This document shows positions 1 through 8,588 of a stretch of 22,101 bases of DNA, in pieces. Each line of letters begins with the position of its first letter. Positions within the stretch are counted from its first letter, which is position 1. This DNA comes from an archaeon (GTDB lineage: Archaea; Iainarchaeota; Iainarchaeia; Iainarchaeales; CSSED10-239), in contig DAOPNM010000008.1 of assembly GCA_035357435.1 (NCBI GenBank), positions 1 to 22,101 of the forward strand. The letters are read 5' to 3'. The translations under genes and the position numbers were made by a program. The notes under the pieces are model-generated. The model saw only the letters and a list, made by a program, of their open reading frames with translations, had not been told where the DNA came from and made no database searches.

Positions 1-56
1 GTTTATAGTATTAAAAGATTAAAAAGCAAACGCAAAGTGTCCAAGAAATAATGTTT

Positions 57-1901
57 TTAAACTCTTTCTAAACCTATATTTTTTTTATGTTTTTTTCCTG
101 TAAATATAAATAAAATTAGAAGAAGTATAAACACACCAACTAAAGAATAAAGTAAAAAACTATTTTTGTTTTCTGAAGAGGTTGAAGATATAGGTTCTGA
201 GGGTTGTGGGGATGATGATAGATTGCTATCATTATTATTAGTTTGAGGAATATCTGGAATTGTTTCAGAAACAATGCCTTGATTAGAATCTAGATTTTCT
301 TGTATAATTATATTTTGAACATCAGGATAAATATTTATTATTTTAGAATAATTATAATCTCCAGTAATAGTTAATATAATAATTGCATTATCTAAAGCTG
401 TAAAAGATCTAGAATAAGTCCATTTATTGCCAGAAGGTATTGCTTTTGGTTCAGAAATCATTTCTCCATTATTATTAAAATCAATAGTGATTTGTTTATC
501 TTCTGTTGTTAAATTTAAAAATTCAAAATTAAAAAAGACATTGTCTTGTGCAAAATAAATGACTGGTTCAGAAAATAAAAATGCTTGTTTATATTCTCCT
601 TTATCTGGATAAACACTAACATTTGAATCTATATCTTGAATCTGTGTATAAAGCTTTATACCAAAAATCATATACATTCCTTTATTTATATCTGGAAGTA
701 AGTAATAATATTTTAAATTTAGAGTATCATTTGGTTTAATATATACAATCTGTTCTTCAGATTTTGGATAAAGAAACTTAAATGTAGGATGTACATCTAA
801 TCTAATGTTTGTAATAATTGGATAAGAATAATTGTTTTTAGCTAAAACATTTATTTCAAAAACACTATTTTTTCTCATTTCTTTATTAAAATCAAATGAA
901 AAAGAAATTAAATTACCAAAACCTAATTCTTCAAATGTTTTGAAATCGTGTATAGTATAACTTCTTTGTTTTTCTTGAAAAACAATATCTGTTTGCTTTT
1001 CTTTATTATAAGTAAATGTTGTTATAACATCTTGAATATCTTCAGGGTCACTCATTTTTGCAAGAACAACATGTGTTGCATCAAGCATTCCAACTTCTCC
1101 ATATGTTGGATCTACAGAGAGCCATCCTTGATTAGGAACATATGCTTCAAGCCAAGCATGAGGTTCCCATTTTTTAGAACTATTTGCAAAGCCAGTAACA
1201 TATTTTACAGGAAAACCTCTTGCTCTTAATAGTGCTGCTTCCAAAACACTAAATTCATCACAAACCCCTTTTCTTGTAGAAAGTACAGTTAATGAATTTT
1301 CTATAGCACCACCATATGTTTCATCATATTCTATATTTTGATGTATCCAATTTGTAATTTCAACTAATTCTGTTAAAGCATCATCACTTGTTTTTATAGA
1401 ATTTGCTAAAGAAATTATTTCACTTGCATTTGATTGAATGTTTTTTGTTGGAAGTTTATATTCATTAAAATCATTTATTGGATTTAATAAATTGTAACTT
1501 TGATCTTTTAAAGAAAAATTGTTTTGTGAAACAATATGTGCGTTAATATAAAAACTATAGTTTGATTTTGTAACTTTAGAAATTTTAAATGTAGCAATAG
1601 AATTTCCAAAGTTATCTGTATCTATTGTCGTAGTATATTGTTTGTTTCCATTTTCATCAAGATAATATGCACTAACTGTAACAGTTTGAGTTTCTGTGTT
1701 ATAAAAAATTGGTGTTTCAAATGTTAATTCTAAATCAGAAGGATAGTTTGAAATAGAAAGAGGGATTTCTATATTTATATCAACATCCATATATTTTATT
1801 TTAATTGCATTAAAGTTTGTATCTTCTTGTGCATTTATAAATAATGGAAATAAGAAAAAAATAAAAATAAATATTAATAATATTTTTGATTTTTGAAGCA
1901 T
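57..1901 (-). CDS. Transglutaminase-like (Cys-His-Asp core) cell-surface protein with an N-terminal signal/anchor and a C-terminal TM anchor
   Basis: ATG at 1901. The core 'KGVCDEFSVLEAALLRARGFPVKYVTGF...EPHAWLEAYVPNQGWLSVDPT' fits the transglutaminase-like Cys...His...Asp arrangement. Hydrophobic N-terminus 'ILLIFIFIFFLFPLFINA'. Ser/Pro/Asn-rich linker, then C-terminal TM 'LLYSLVGVFILLLILFIF' with a basic tail 'GKKHKKN'. Confidence 0.75.
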   Translation of the reverse strand: MLQKSKILLIFIFIFFLFPLFINAQEDTNFNAIKIKYMDVDINIEIPLSISNYPSDLELTFETPIFYNTETQTVTVSAYYLDENGNKQYTTTIDTDNFGNSIATFKISKVTKSNYSFYINAHIVSQNNFSLKDQSYNLLNPINDFNEYKLPTKNIQSNASEIISLANSIKTSDDALTELVEITNWIHQNIEYDETYGGAIENSLTVLSTRKGVCDEFSVLEAALLRARGFPVKYVTGFANSSKKWEPHAWLEAYVPNQGWLSVDPTYGEVGMLDATHVVLAKMSDPEDIQDVITTFTYNKEKQTDIVFQEKQRSYTIHDFKTFEELGFGNLISFSFDFNKEMRKNSVFEINVLAKNNYSYPIITNIRLDVHPTFKFLYPKSEEQIVYIKPNDTLNLKYYYLLPDINKGMYMIFGIKLYTQIQDIDSNVSVYPDKGEYKQAFLFSEPVIYFAQDNVFFNFEFLNLTTEDKQITIDFNNNGEMISEPKAIPSGNKWTYSRSFTALDNAIIILTITGDYNYSKIINIYPDVQNIIIQENLDSNQGIVSETIPDIPQTNNNDSNLSSSPQPSEPISSTSSENKNSFLLYSLVGVFILLLILFIFTGKKHKKNIGLERV

Positions 1902-1990
1902 TTATATATCACTATTTAAAAAATAAACATAAATATAAACAAACAAAACAATTTAAAATGAATTGGATAGTAAAAAATAAATTAAAAAAA

Positions 1991-2752
1991 TTAAACTTTA
2001 ATATTTTTAAAAAGATGTCCCCCCAATAAAACCATAAATATTGCAAAACTTCCAAGAACAATAAAACATATTAATGGATTAATTAATGAAGCACCAGTTA
2101 ATCCATATCTTATTCCTTCAACACCATAACTTAAAGGGTTAATATATGTAATTGGTTTTATCCAGGAAGGTAAAACAGTTATTGGGAAAAATGCACCAGA
2201 TAGTCCTACAATAGGGAAAATTACAAAATTCATTATTAATTGAAAACCATGCATATCATCCATACGAGAGGCAATTGCAACACCTGTTGCAGTAAAAAAA
2301 ATTCCTATTAATAACATAAACCCAAAAGCAATTAAAAAACTTCCAAAACTAGAGACATGTAAAATTCCAAAAATTAAAGCTAATATAAGAATAATTGTAC
2401 CTTGAATAAATGCTGTTGTTGCACCCCCTAATGTTTGACCTAACATAATTCCAAATCTTGTTACAGGTGCAACTAATGTTTCTTTTAAAAAACCAAATTG
2501 TTTATCCCATATTATCTGTATTCCTGCAAACATAGAAGTAAACAAAACACTCATTGCAATCATTCCAGGAATAAGAAATTGTGTATAGTCTTCTTCCATA
2601 CCTGGTAATTGAATAATTGAATTAAAACCAAGCCCTAGGATTAAGATAAAAAACAATGGCATTCCAATACTACCAATAATTCTACTTTTTGAACGAAGAA
2701 AATGTTTTATATCTCTTAACCAAATGGTATATATTGTATTTATATTGCTCAT
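1991..2752 (-). CDS. ABC-2 type transporter permease (about 6 TM segments)
   Basis: 253-aa polytopic hydrophobic protein lying 29 nt downstream of an ABC ATPase on the same strand. Size and layout are typical of ABC-2/DrrB-like permeases. ATG at 2752. Confidence 0.8.
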   Translation of the reverse strand: MSNINTIYTIWLRDIKHFLRSKSRIIGSIGMPLFFILILGLGFNSIIQLPGMEEDYTQFLIPGMIAMSVLFTSMFAGIQIIWDKQFGFLKETLVAPVTRFGIMLGQTLGGATTAFIQGTIILILALIFGILHVSSFGSFLIAFGFMLLIGIFFTATGVAIASRMDDMHGFQLIMNFVIFPIVGLSGAFFPITVLPSWIKPITYINPLSYGVEGIRYGLTGASLINPLICFIVLGSFAIFMVLLGGHLFKNIKV

Positions 2753-2781
2753 ATGTTCTCAAATATTTCCAATTATTTCAA

Positions 2782-3765
2782 TTATTTATTTCTTGCTCTG
2801 CGTCTTATGCGTATATTATCTATAGCACTAGCTTCTTGTTCTCTTATGGTTTTTCCTGTAAAATGAAGAAATACATCTTCTAAACTAGGTTTATTTATGG
2901 ATAAAGATTTTATTTCAATGTTGTTTTTATTTGCTAAATTTACGATGTCTACAACATGTTTTTCTGCATCTTTTAAATGTATATAAATTAATTCATCATG
3001 TTTAGTAACATTTTTTATCCATGGTTGTTTTAATAATGAATATAATTTTTCTATATTACTTGCACGAATAACAATAACATCCCCACCAATTTCATTTTTT
3101 AAATATGATGGAGTATTTAATGCAATTATTTTCCCATGATCTATAATTGCAACTCTTCCACATAATCTATCTGCTTCATCCATATAATGTGTAGTTAAAA
3201 TAATTGTAATGTTTTTTTCTTTACTTAATTTTTCTATATATGTCCAAAGATGGTTTCTTGTTTGAGGATCTAAACCAATAGTTGGTTCATCTAAAAATAA
3301 AACCTTTGGATCATGCAGCAATCCTCGTGCAATTTCTAATCTTCTTTTCATACCACCAGAAAATGTTTTAACTAAATCATCTTTTCTATTATCTAGTTCT
3401 ACAAGTTTTAAAAGTTCAATTATTTTTTGTTTACGAACATTTTTTGGAACACCATACAATCTACCATGTAAATCAAGGTTTTCATAAGCAGTAAGATCTT
3501 CATCTAAACTTGGATCTTGGAAAACAATACCTATTGATTTTCTCACATTATCAGGATCTTTAATAATATCATAACCATTAATAGTTGCAGTTCCAGAAGT
3601 CGGTTTTAACATTGTAGATAACATAGAAATTGTTGTTGTTTTGCCAGCACCATTTGGCCCAAGTAATCCAAAAACTTCGCCTTGATTAATGTCAAATGAA
3701 ATATTGTTAACAGCACAAAGTTCATGAAATTGTTTTGTTAAGTTTTTAACAGAAACTGCAGGCAT
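2782..3765 (-). CDS. ABC transporter ATP-binding protein (ABC-2/DrrA-like exporter ATPase with a C-terminal accessory domain)
   Basis: Walker A 'GPNGAGKTT', ABC signature 'FSGGMKRRLE', Walker B 'VLFLDEPT', H-loop 'LTTHYMDEA'. ATG at 3765. Confidence 0.92.
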   Translation of the reverse strand: MPAVSVKNLTKQFHELCAVNNISFDINQGEVFGLLGPNGAGKTTTISMLSTMLKPTSGTATINGYDIIKDPDNVRKSIGIVFQDPSLDEDLTAYENLDLHGRLYGVPKNVRKQKIIELLKLVELDNRKDDLVKTFSGGMKRRLEIARGLLHDPKVLFLDEPTIGLDPQTRNHLWTYIEKLSKEKNITIILTTHYMDEADRLCGRVAIIDHGKIIALNTPSYLKNEIGGDVIVIRASNIEKLYSLLKQPWIKNVTKHDELIYIHLKDAEKHVVDIVNLANKNNIEIKSLSINKPSLEDVFLHFTGKTIREQEASAIDNIRIRRRARNK

Positions 3766-3926
3766 AACACATTACCATTTTTAAATTTATATTTATAATA
3801 AGTAATAAATTATAGAATTTATAAAATTTGTAATTTGAAAATAATTTGAAAAATTTATAATATAAATATATGCAAATATATTTTTAAATAATTCGCATAG
3901 AACCCAATCATCATTTAAAAAATAAA

Positions 3927-4008
3927 TGCAGGGGACAGGATTCGAACCTGCGAAGCACTAAGCACATGGTCCTTAGCCATGCCCCTTTGACCGCTTGGGT
4001 ACCCCTGC
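3927..4008 (-). tRNA. tRNA-Leu (type II, long variable arm); anticodon reads AAG in a hand fold; no encoded CCA
   Basis: Reverse complement folds as GCAGGGG/CCCCTGC acceptor, CCC..GGG D-stem with GG loop, anticodon stem CATGG/CCATG with loop CTAAGGA, 13-nt variable region, T-arm GCAGG-TTCGAAT-CCTGT, discriminator A. GC-rich island in AT-rich DNA. Confidence 0.8.
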
Positions 4009-4029
4009 TTTAACTTTTTTTTAAAATAA

Positions 4030-4127
4030 GATTCCCTTAAAACATTTTGTGGTTATCTTTTACTCCTTTTGCCTTAACCCTTTTAAGAAAAAGGGATTAA
4101 TCCTAAAACATTGTTTGGTTACTTGCT
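4030..4127. repeat. Imperfect direct repeat (about 30 nt, two copies 65 nt apart) flanking a 7-bp hairpin in the spacer between tRNA-Val and tRNA-Leu
   Basis: Copy 1 is 'gattcccttaaaacattttgtggtta' (from 4030) and copy 2 is 'gattaatcctaaaacattgtttggtta' (from 4095). Hairpin ccctttt-aaga-aaaaggg lies at 4078-4095. Confidence 0.35.
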
Positions 4128-4193
4128 TCTTTAAACTATTTTAAAAAATTGTAAAACAAAAATAATTAAAAATAATTAATTAAAAAACAAAAA

Positions 4194-4266
4194 TGGTTCT
4201 GGGCGGAATCGGACCGCCGATCTTCACCGTGTAAGGGTGACATCTTAACCACTAGACCACAGAACC
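4194..4266 (-). tRNA. tRNA-Val (anticodon TAC); no encoded CCA
   Basis: Reverse complement is GGTTCTG TG GTCT AGTGGTTA AGAT G TCACC CTTACAC GGTGA AGATC GGCGG TCCGATT CCGCC CAGAACC A. This is a canonical 73-nt cloverleaf. The T-loop reads TCCGATT (C at position 55). Confidence 0.9.
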
Positions 4267-4438
4267 TTAATCTAAATAATTAAGTAGAATAAATGTTTAA
4301 AATATGTTGCTTTTTTCAAAAGTTATTTTTTTAAAAAATTAAAATAAACTATAATTGTATATTTTAGATAAATTATATAAAATAAAAAAATGGCATTTAT
4401 AAAGATGTTAAAAAATAAAAAATCACATTATTTGTATT

Positions 4439-6880
4439 TTATTTTTTATTCTTTATATTTGCCTTTTTATATTTCTTTTCTAAATTTGCAATTAACATTT
4501 TTGTTTTTATAAAGGAATCTTGATTTAAACTTATGGAATCTATACCTTGATCAACTAAAAATTTAACAAAATCTGGGTAATCTGACGGTGCTTGCCCACA
4601 AATTCCAATATATTTTTTTCTCTTTTTTGCAATATCAATTACATATGTTAACATCTTTTTAATTGCAGGATTTTTTTCATCATATAAATAAGCTATTTTT
4701 TCTGAGTTTCTGTCAAGTCCTAAAGTTAATTGTGTTAGATCATTACTGCCAATACTATATCCATCAAAAATGTCCAAAAAATCTTGTGCCAAGATTACAT
4801 TTGATGGGATTTCACACATACATTCAACATTTAAACCATTTTTTCCTTTTTCTAAACCATTCTTTTTTAACTCTGCAATAACTTTTTTAGCTTCTTCAAT
4901 TGTTCTACAAAAAGGAATCATTACTTCTAAGTTTGTTAAACCCATTTCTTCTCTTACCTTTTTTACTGCTTTACATTCTAACTCAAATCCCTTTGTATAA
5001 CTCCCTTGATAATATCTTGATGCACCTCTCCAACCAATCATAGGATTATCTTCTTTTGGTTCATATTCTTTACCACCAATTAAACTAGCATATTCATCAG
5101 TTTTAAAATCAGAAAATCTTAAAATTACTTTTTTTGGATAGAATGCAGCTGTAATTCTAGCAATACCCTGTGCTAGTTTATCAACAAAATATTCAGTTTT
5201 ATTATTGTAACCAATCGTTAATTCATCAATTTGTTTTTTAACATCTTTGTCTTTTAATTGGTTATAATCTACAAGAGCTAATGGATGAATTTTTATCCAT
5301 GAACTAATAATAAATTCTTCTCTTGCTAAACCTACACCATCACAAGGAAGATAACTTAAAGAAAAGGCAAGTTCTGGTGCACCAACATTTAACATCACTT
5401 TTGTTTTGGTTTCTGGAATTTTAGTAATATCTTCTTCAATTTTCTCAAATTTTAATTTACCATCATAAACATATCCTTGATATCCACTAGAACAATCTAT
5501 AGTTACTGTTTGACCTGTTTTTAATTTATCTGTTGCAATAGAAGTTCCAACAATACAAGGTATACCTAATTCTCTTGCAACAATAGCTGCATGACACGTC
5601 GAGCCCCCTCTATTTGTAATAATTCCAGATGCAATTTTCATAATTGGTTGCCAATCAGGATCAGTCATTTCAGTTACTAATATTTGACCTGGTTTAAATT
5701 GATTAATATCTTTAACATCTTTAATAACATTTACAATTCCTGTAGAAATTTGTGTACCAACACTAATACCTGTAATTAATGGTGTTTTCTTTTCAAGTAA
5801 TTTATAAGTCACAAAAGAAGTTTTCTTTTTTCTACTTTGAACAGTTTCTGGTCTTGCCTGTACAATAAATATTTTGTTTGTAACTCCATCAATTGCCCAT
5901 TCCATATCCATTGGTTTATAATGGCCAGCTTGTTTTGAATAATATTCTTCAATCATTACAGCCCATTTAGCCAATTGAATTGCTTGTTCATCAGTAATAC
6001 AAAATTTATTTCTGTGGCTTATGTCTACAGGAACATTTTTTGTAGGTTTATTCCCTTGTATATCATAAATCATTTTAATAGATTTGTTTCCTAAACTTTT
6101 TGTAACAATTGGGTTTTTTACTTTACCTAAAGTTGGTTTAAATATATAAAAGATATCTGGATTTACTGCACCTTGAACTACATTTTCCCCCAAACCATAA
6201 GCTGCATTAATTGTTACAACTTGATTATAACCTGTTTCTGGATCTAAAGAAAACATAACACCAGAACTTCCTAGATCACTTCTTACCATTCTTTGTACAC
6301 AAATAGAAAGATAAACATTAAATTGTCCATAACCATGATCTTGTCTATATGAGATTGCCCTGTTTGTAAATAAACTTGCAAAACATTTTTTACAAGCTTC
6401 AATTAATTCTTCTGGGCCTCTAATATTAAGATATGTTTCTTGTTGTCCAGCAAATGAAGCATCAGGTGCATCTTCTGCTGTTGCAGAACTTCTAACAGCA
6501 ACATCTAATTGATTTACACCTTCACTTTTTGAAAGTTTAAAATAAGCATCAATTATTTCTTTTTCAAGTTCTTGTGGAAGTTTTGCATTTCTTATTAATG
6601 ATCTAACTTGACTTCCTTTTTCTGCAAGTTGATTAACATCTCTTGTATTTAAATCTTTTAAAATTTCTTTTATTTTATTTTGAATATTTGCTTGTTCTAT
6701 AAAATATTTATATGCATAAGCTGTAATTCCAAAACCATTTGGAATATTAATTCCTTTTTTTGTAAGATTGGTATACATTTCGCCTATAGATGCAGTTTTT
6801 CCACCAACAAGTGATACATCGTCAATACCAATTTCATTGAACCAGAGAATAAATTTTTTTTGTTTTTCTTTTGAATTCAT
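4439..6880 (-). CDS. ppsA: Phosphoenolpyruvate synthase (pyruvate, water dikinase)
   Basis: 813 aa. N-terminal ATP-grasp region, phosphohistidine swivel motif 'TNRGGSTCHAAIVARELGIPCIVG', and C-terminal PEP-utilising TIM barrel with 'IGSNDLTQLTLGLDR' and 'IGICGQAPSD'. The length fits an intein-free enzyme. Confidence 0.95.
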   Translation of the reverse strand: MNSKEKQKKFILWFNEIGIDDVSLVGGKTASIGEMYTNLTKKGINIPNGFGITAYAYKYFIEQANIQNKIKEILKDLNTRDVNQLAEKGSQVRSLIRNAKLPQELEKEIIDAYFKLSKSEGVNQLDVAVRSSATAEDAPDASFAGQQETYLNIRGPEELIEACKKCFASLFTNRAISYRQDHGYGQFNVYLSICVQRMVRSDLGSSGVMFSLDPETGYNQVVTINAAYGLGENVVQGAVNPDIFYIFKPTLGKVKNPIVTKSLGNKSIKMIYDIQGNKPTKNVPVDISHRNKFCITDEQAIQLAKWAVMIEEYYSKQAGHYKPMDMEWAIDGVTNKIFIVQARPETVQSRKKKTSFVTYKLLEKKTPLITGISVGTQISTGIVNVIKDVKDINQFKPGQILVTEMTDPDWQPIMKIASGIITNRGGSTCHAAIVARELGIPCIVGTSIATDKLKTGQTVTIDCSSGYQGYVYDGKLKFEKIEEDITKIPETKTKVMLNVGAPELAFSLSYLPCDGVGLAREEFIISSWIKIHPLALVDYNQLKDKDVKKQIDELTIGYNNKTEYFVDKLAQGIARITAAFYPKKVILRFSDFKTDEYASLIGGKEYEPKEDNPMIGWRGASRYYQGSYTKGFELECKAVKKVREEMGLTNLEVMIPFCRTIEEAKKVIAELKKNGLEKGKNGLNVECMCEIPSNVILAQDFLDIFDGYSIGSNDLTQLTLGLDRNSEKIAYLYDEKNPAIKKMLTYVIDIAKKRKKYIGICGQAPSDYPDFVKFLVDQGIDSISLNQDSFIKTKMLIANLEKKYKKANIKNKK

Positions 6881-6982
6881 ATTTAATCCTTTTTTTAAAC
6901 AATTTTTTTATTTTAAATTTTTTATTTTAAACTATAAATATATATTCATATATATTTAAATGTTTATTTATTATCTTTCAAA

Positions 6983-7816
6983 TTAAATCTTTATTTTGTC
7001 AAAATCTTTTTTAAAATAAACATATCTTCCATATTTATTTGTTTTATTTATATTTTTATAATTAATAGCTTTTTGTGGGCAAAAATTATAACATCTTGTG
7101 CAAAACCAACAATTGTTTCCAAACTTAATTTCATGCTTTTGTTTTTTTAAAACAATGTTTTTTGTTGGACAAATTTTTTCACATAAACCACATTGATTAC
7201 ATTTAGTATAATCTATAACCCATTTTTGTTTATTAAAAATAAAGTGATATGCACAAAAATTCCAAATTGATGTAAAAGTGGTTCTTAAAAAATTTGGTTT
7301 TTTGATTTGTGCTTTGTCATATAAAAGATCATTAAAATCTTTTTTTAATTTCTCTTGTGCATATTTTATTTTGTTTTGTTGTTTTGTTTCTGATTCTACA
7401 TCTAAACCAAATAAAAAATTTAAGTTTTCTGGCATAATATAACAAAACGTTCCTTTTATGTCATAATGTTTTGAATTCAAAATTTTATAAGATACATCTA
7501 TTCCAGAACCAATTGTAGATCCAGCAGTACAAAAAACAAAACATGGCTTATTCTGAACAGATGGTAACTTTTCCAAAAATGTTTTTATAAATGGAGGGGG
7601 TTTCCAAGCGTAAACAGGATAACCAATTCCAATAAAATCATATTCTGCTTGTGAAGAAACACTTGTAATTTCTTCAATAGGTTTTAATTCTACAAAAATA
7701 TTTTTTTCTTGAAACAATTTTACAAACTCTTTTGAAATAAAATAAGTGTTACCAGTTCCAGAAAAAAAATAAATTATTCCTTTTTTTGAAAGTGATATTG
7801 ATTTTTGTGAAACCAT
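6983..7816 (-). CDS. Flavodoxin-like domain fused to a 2x[4Fe-4S] ferredoxin domain (EFR1-type protein)
   Basis: 'GIIYFFSGTGNTYFISKEF' is a flavodoxin-type FMN loop. Two CxxCxxCxxxCP motifs are present: 'CNQCGLCEKICP' and 'CWFCTRCYNFCP'. I prefer the ATG at 7816 ('MVSQKS...'). The track start at 7891 adds 25 low-complexity residues and would leave only 10 nt before the divergent L44e gene. Confidence 0.75.
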   Translation of the reverse strand: MVSQKSISLSKKGIIYFFSGTGNTYFISKEFVKLFQEKNIFVELKPIEEITSVSSQAEYDFIGIGYPVYAWKPPPFIKTFLEKLPSVQNKPCFVFCTAGSTIGSGIDVSYKILNSKHYDIKGTFCYIMPENLNFLFGLDVESETKQQNKIKYAQEKLKKDFNDLLYDKAQIKKPNFLRTTFTSIWNFCAYHFIFNKQKWVIDYTKCNQCGLCEKICPTKNIVLKKQKHEIKFGNNCWFCTRCYNFCPQKAINYKNINKTNKYGRYVYFKKDFDKIKI

Positions 7817-7901
7817 AATTAGAAATAATTGAAAGATTCTATTTTTAAATAAATCTATGCAATAAATATTATACAAAAACAAAAAAATCAAGTGAAAAAT
7901 T

Positions 7902-8183
7902 ATGAAAATACCAAAAGAAAAAAAATTATATTGTAGAAAATGTAAAAAACATACTGTTCATAAATTAAAAACATATAAGGCAGGGAAAGCAAGACCTACC
8001 TCAATTGGTCAAAGAAAATTTCAGAAAAAGCATGTTAAGGGATATGGAGGTATGGCAAAACACATTAAATTGGTTAAAAAACAAACAAAAAGCCCAACAT
8101 TTATAGCAGAATGTACAGAATGTCATAAAAAAATACCATATGTTATTCCAAAAAGAATGAAAAAAATAGAATTTGAACAATAA
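7902..8183 (+). CDS. rpl44e: 50S ribosomal protein L44e (eL42), zinc-ribbon type
   Basis: 93 aa and very basic. Cys pairs 'CRKCKKHT' and 'CTECHKK' flank the conserved 'KAGKARPTSIGQRKFQKKHVKGYGG' block typical of L44e. Confidence 0.9.
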   Translation: MKIPKEKKLYCRKCKKHTVHKLKTYKAGKARPTSIGQRKFQKKHVKGYGGMAKHIKLVKKQTKSPTFIAECTECHKKIPYVIPKRMKKIEFEQ

Positions 8184-8190
8184 ACAAATT

Positions 8191-8505
8191 TTATTTTTTC
8201 TTAATTTCTTTTTCTTCAAACCAATATCCACAAACATCTTTTGTATCAAATTCATTTGGTACTCTTGGATATTTTTTACACCAAGATGGTCTTATTTTAT
8301 AAATCATACATTTTGCTTTTCCATTAGAATCATATGTTAAAAAAGGGCATATTATTCCTAATTTACAACATTCTCCGCACTGTTTACATTTTCCTTTTCT
8401 TTTTGGAGATACTTTTGAAAAACCAGAAATTTTTCTATGTAATGAATGTGTTACTATATGTTTTTTTAATTTCTTTTTTTTAGATATATTTTTGTTCTTC
8501 TGCAT
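8191..8505 (-). CDS. YkgJ-family cysteine-cluster protein (CxxCxxCC, UPF0153-like putative Fe-S/Zn protein)
   Basis: 'CKQCGECCK...CPFL...CMIYKIRPSWCKKYP' matches the YkgJ/UPF0153 pattern. The track start at 8514 is a TTG; the ATG at 8505 ('MQKNK') is more likely. Confidence 0.7.
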   Translation of the reverse strand: MQKNKNISKKKKLKKHIVTHSLHRKISGFSKVSPKRKGKCKQCGECCKLGIICPFLTYDSNGKAKCMIYKIRPSWCKKYPRVPNEFDTKDVCGYWFEEKEIKKK

Positions 8506-8588
8506 AATTTTCAAAATACTTCTGAAACAAAATATTTATTAAATCTTTGTAAGTACATAAATATTGTAAAATATAAAAAAGAGAAAAC

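Noticed and set aside
948-1229. Other short overlapping ORFs in the track (948-1229, 2689-2883, 4663-5000, 6768-6959, 8001-8255, 8903-9259, 11836-12027, 13539-13955, 14359-14604, 16398-16607, 20568-20750, 21258-21542)
   Set aside because: All lie inside or antisense to long ORFs with strong family signatures (transglutaminase-like protein, ABC, PpsA, intein, DUF45, GuaB, PIN, propeller, wHTH). Their translations are low-complexity.
3906-3916. C-box-like 'ATGATGA' on the minus strand immediately downstream of tRNA-Leu, suggesting a second C/D sRNA
   Set aside because: No CTGA D or D' box, no C' box and no terminal stem within the following 80 nt. A lone heptamer in AT-rich DNA is not enough.
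4439-6880. Possible intein in PEP synthase, since PEP synthase hosts an intein in some archaea
   Set aside because: The 813-aa product is collinear with intein-free PpsA. There are no Cys/Ser-initiated insertion blocks and no HN-terminal block.
7817-7891. N-terminal extensions in the ORF track that start at TTG/GTG or in promoter DNA (7891, 8514, 15920, 17205, 21690, 21986)
   Set aside because: The extensions translate to low-complexity F/I/L/N peptides or begin at non-ATG codons, with a good ATG a few codons downstream. They would also erase the TATA-containing intergenic regions. Shorter ATG starts are preferred.
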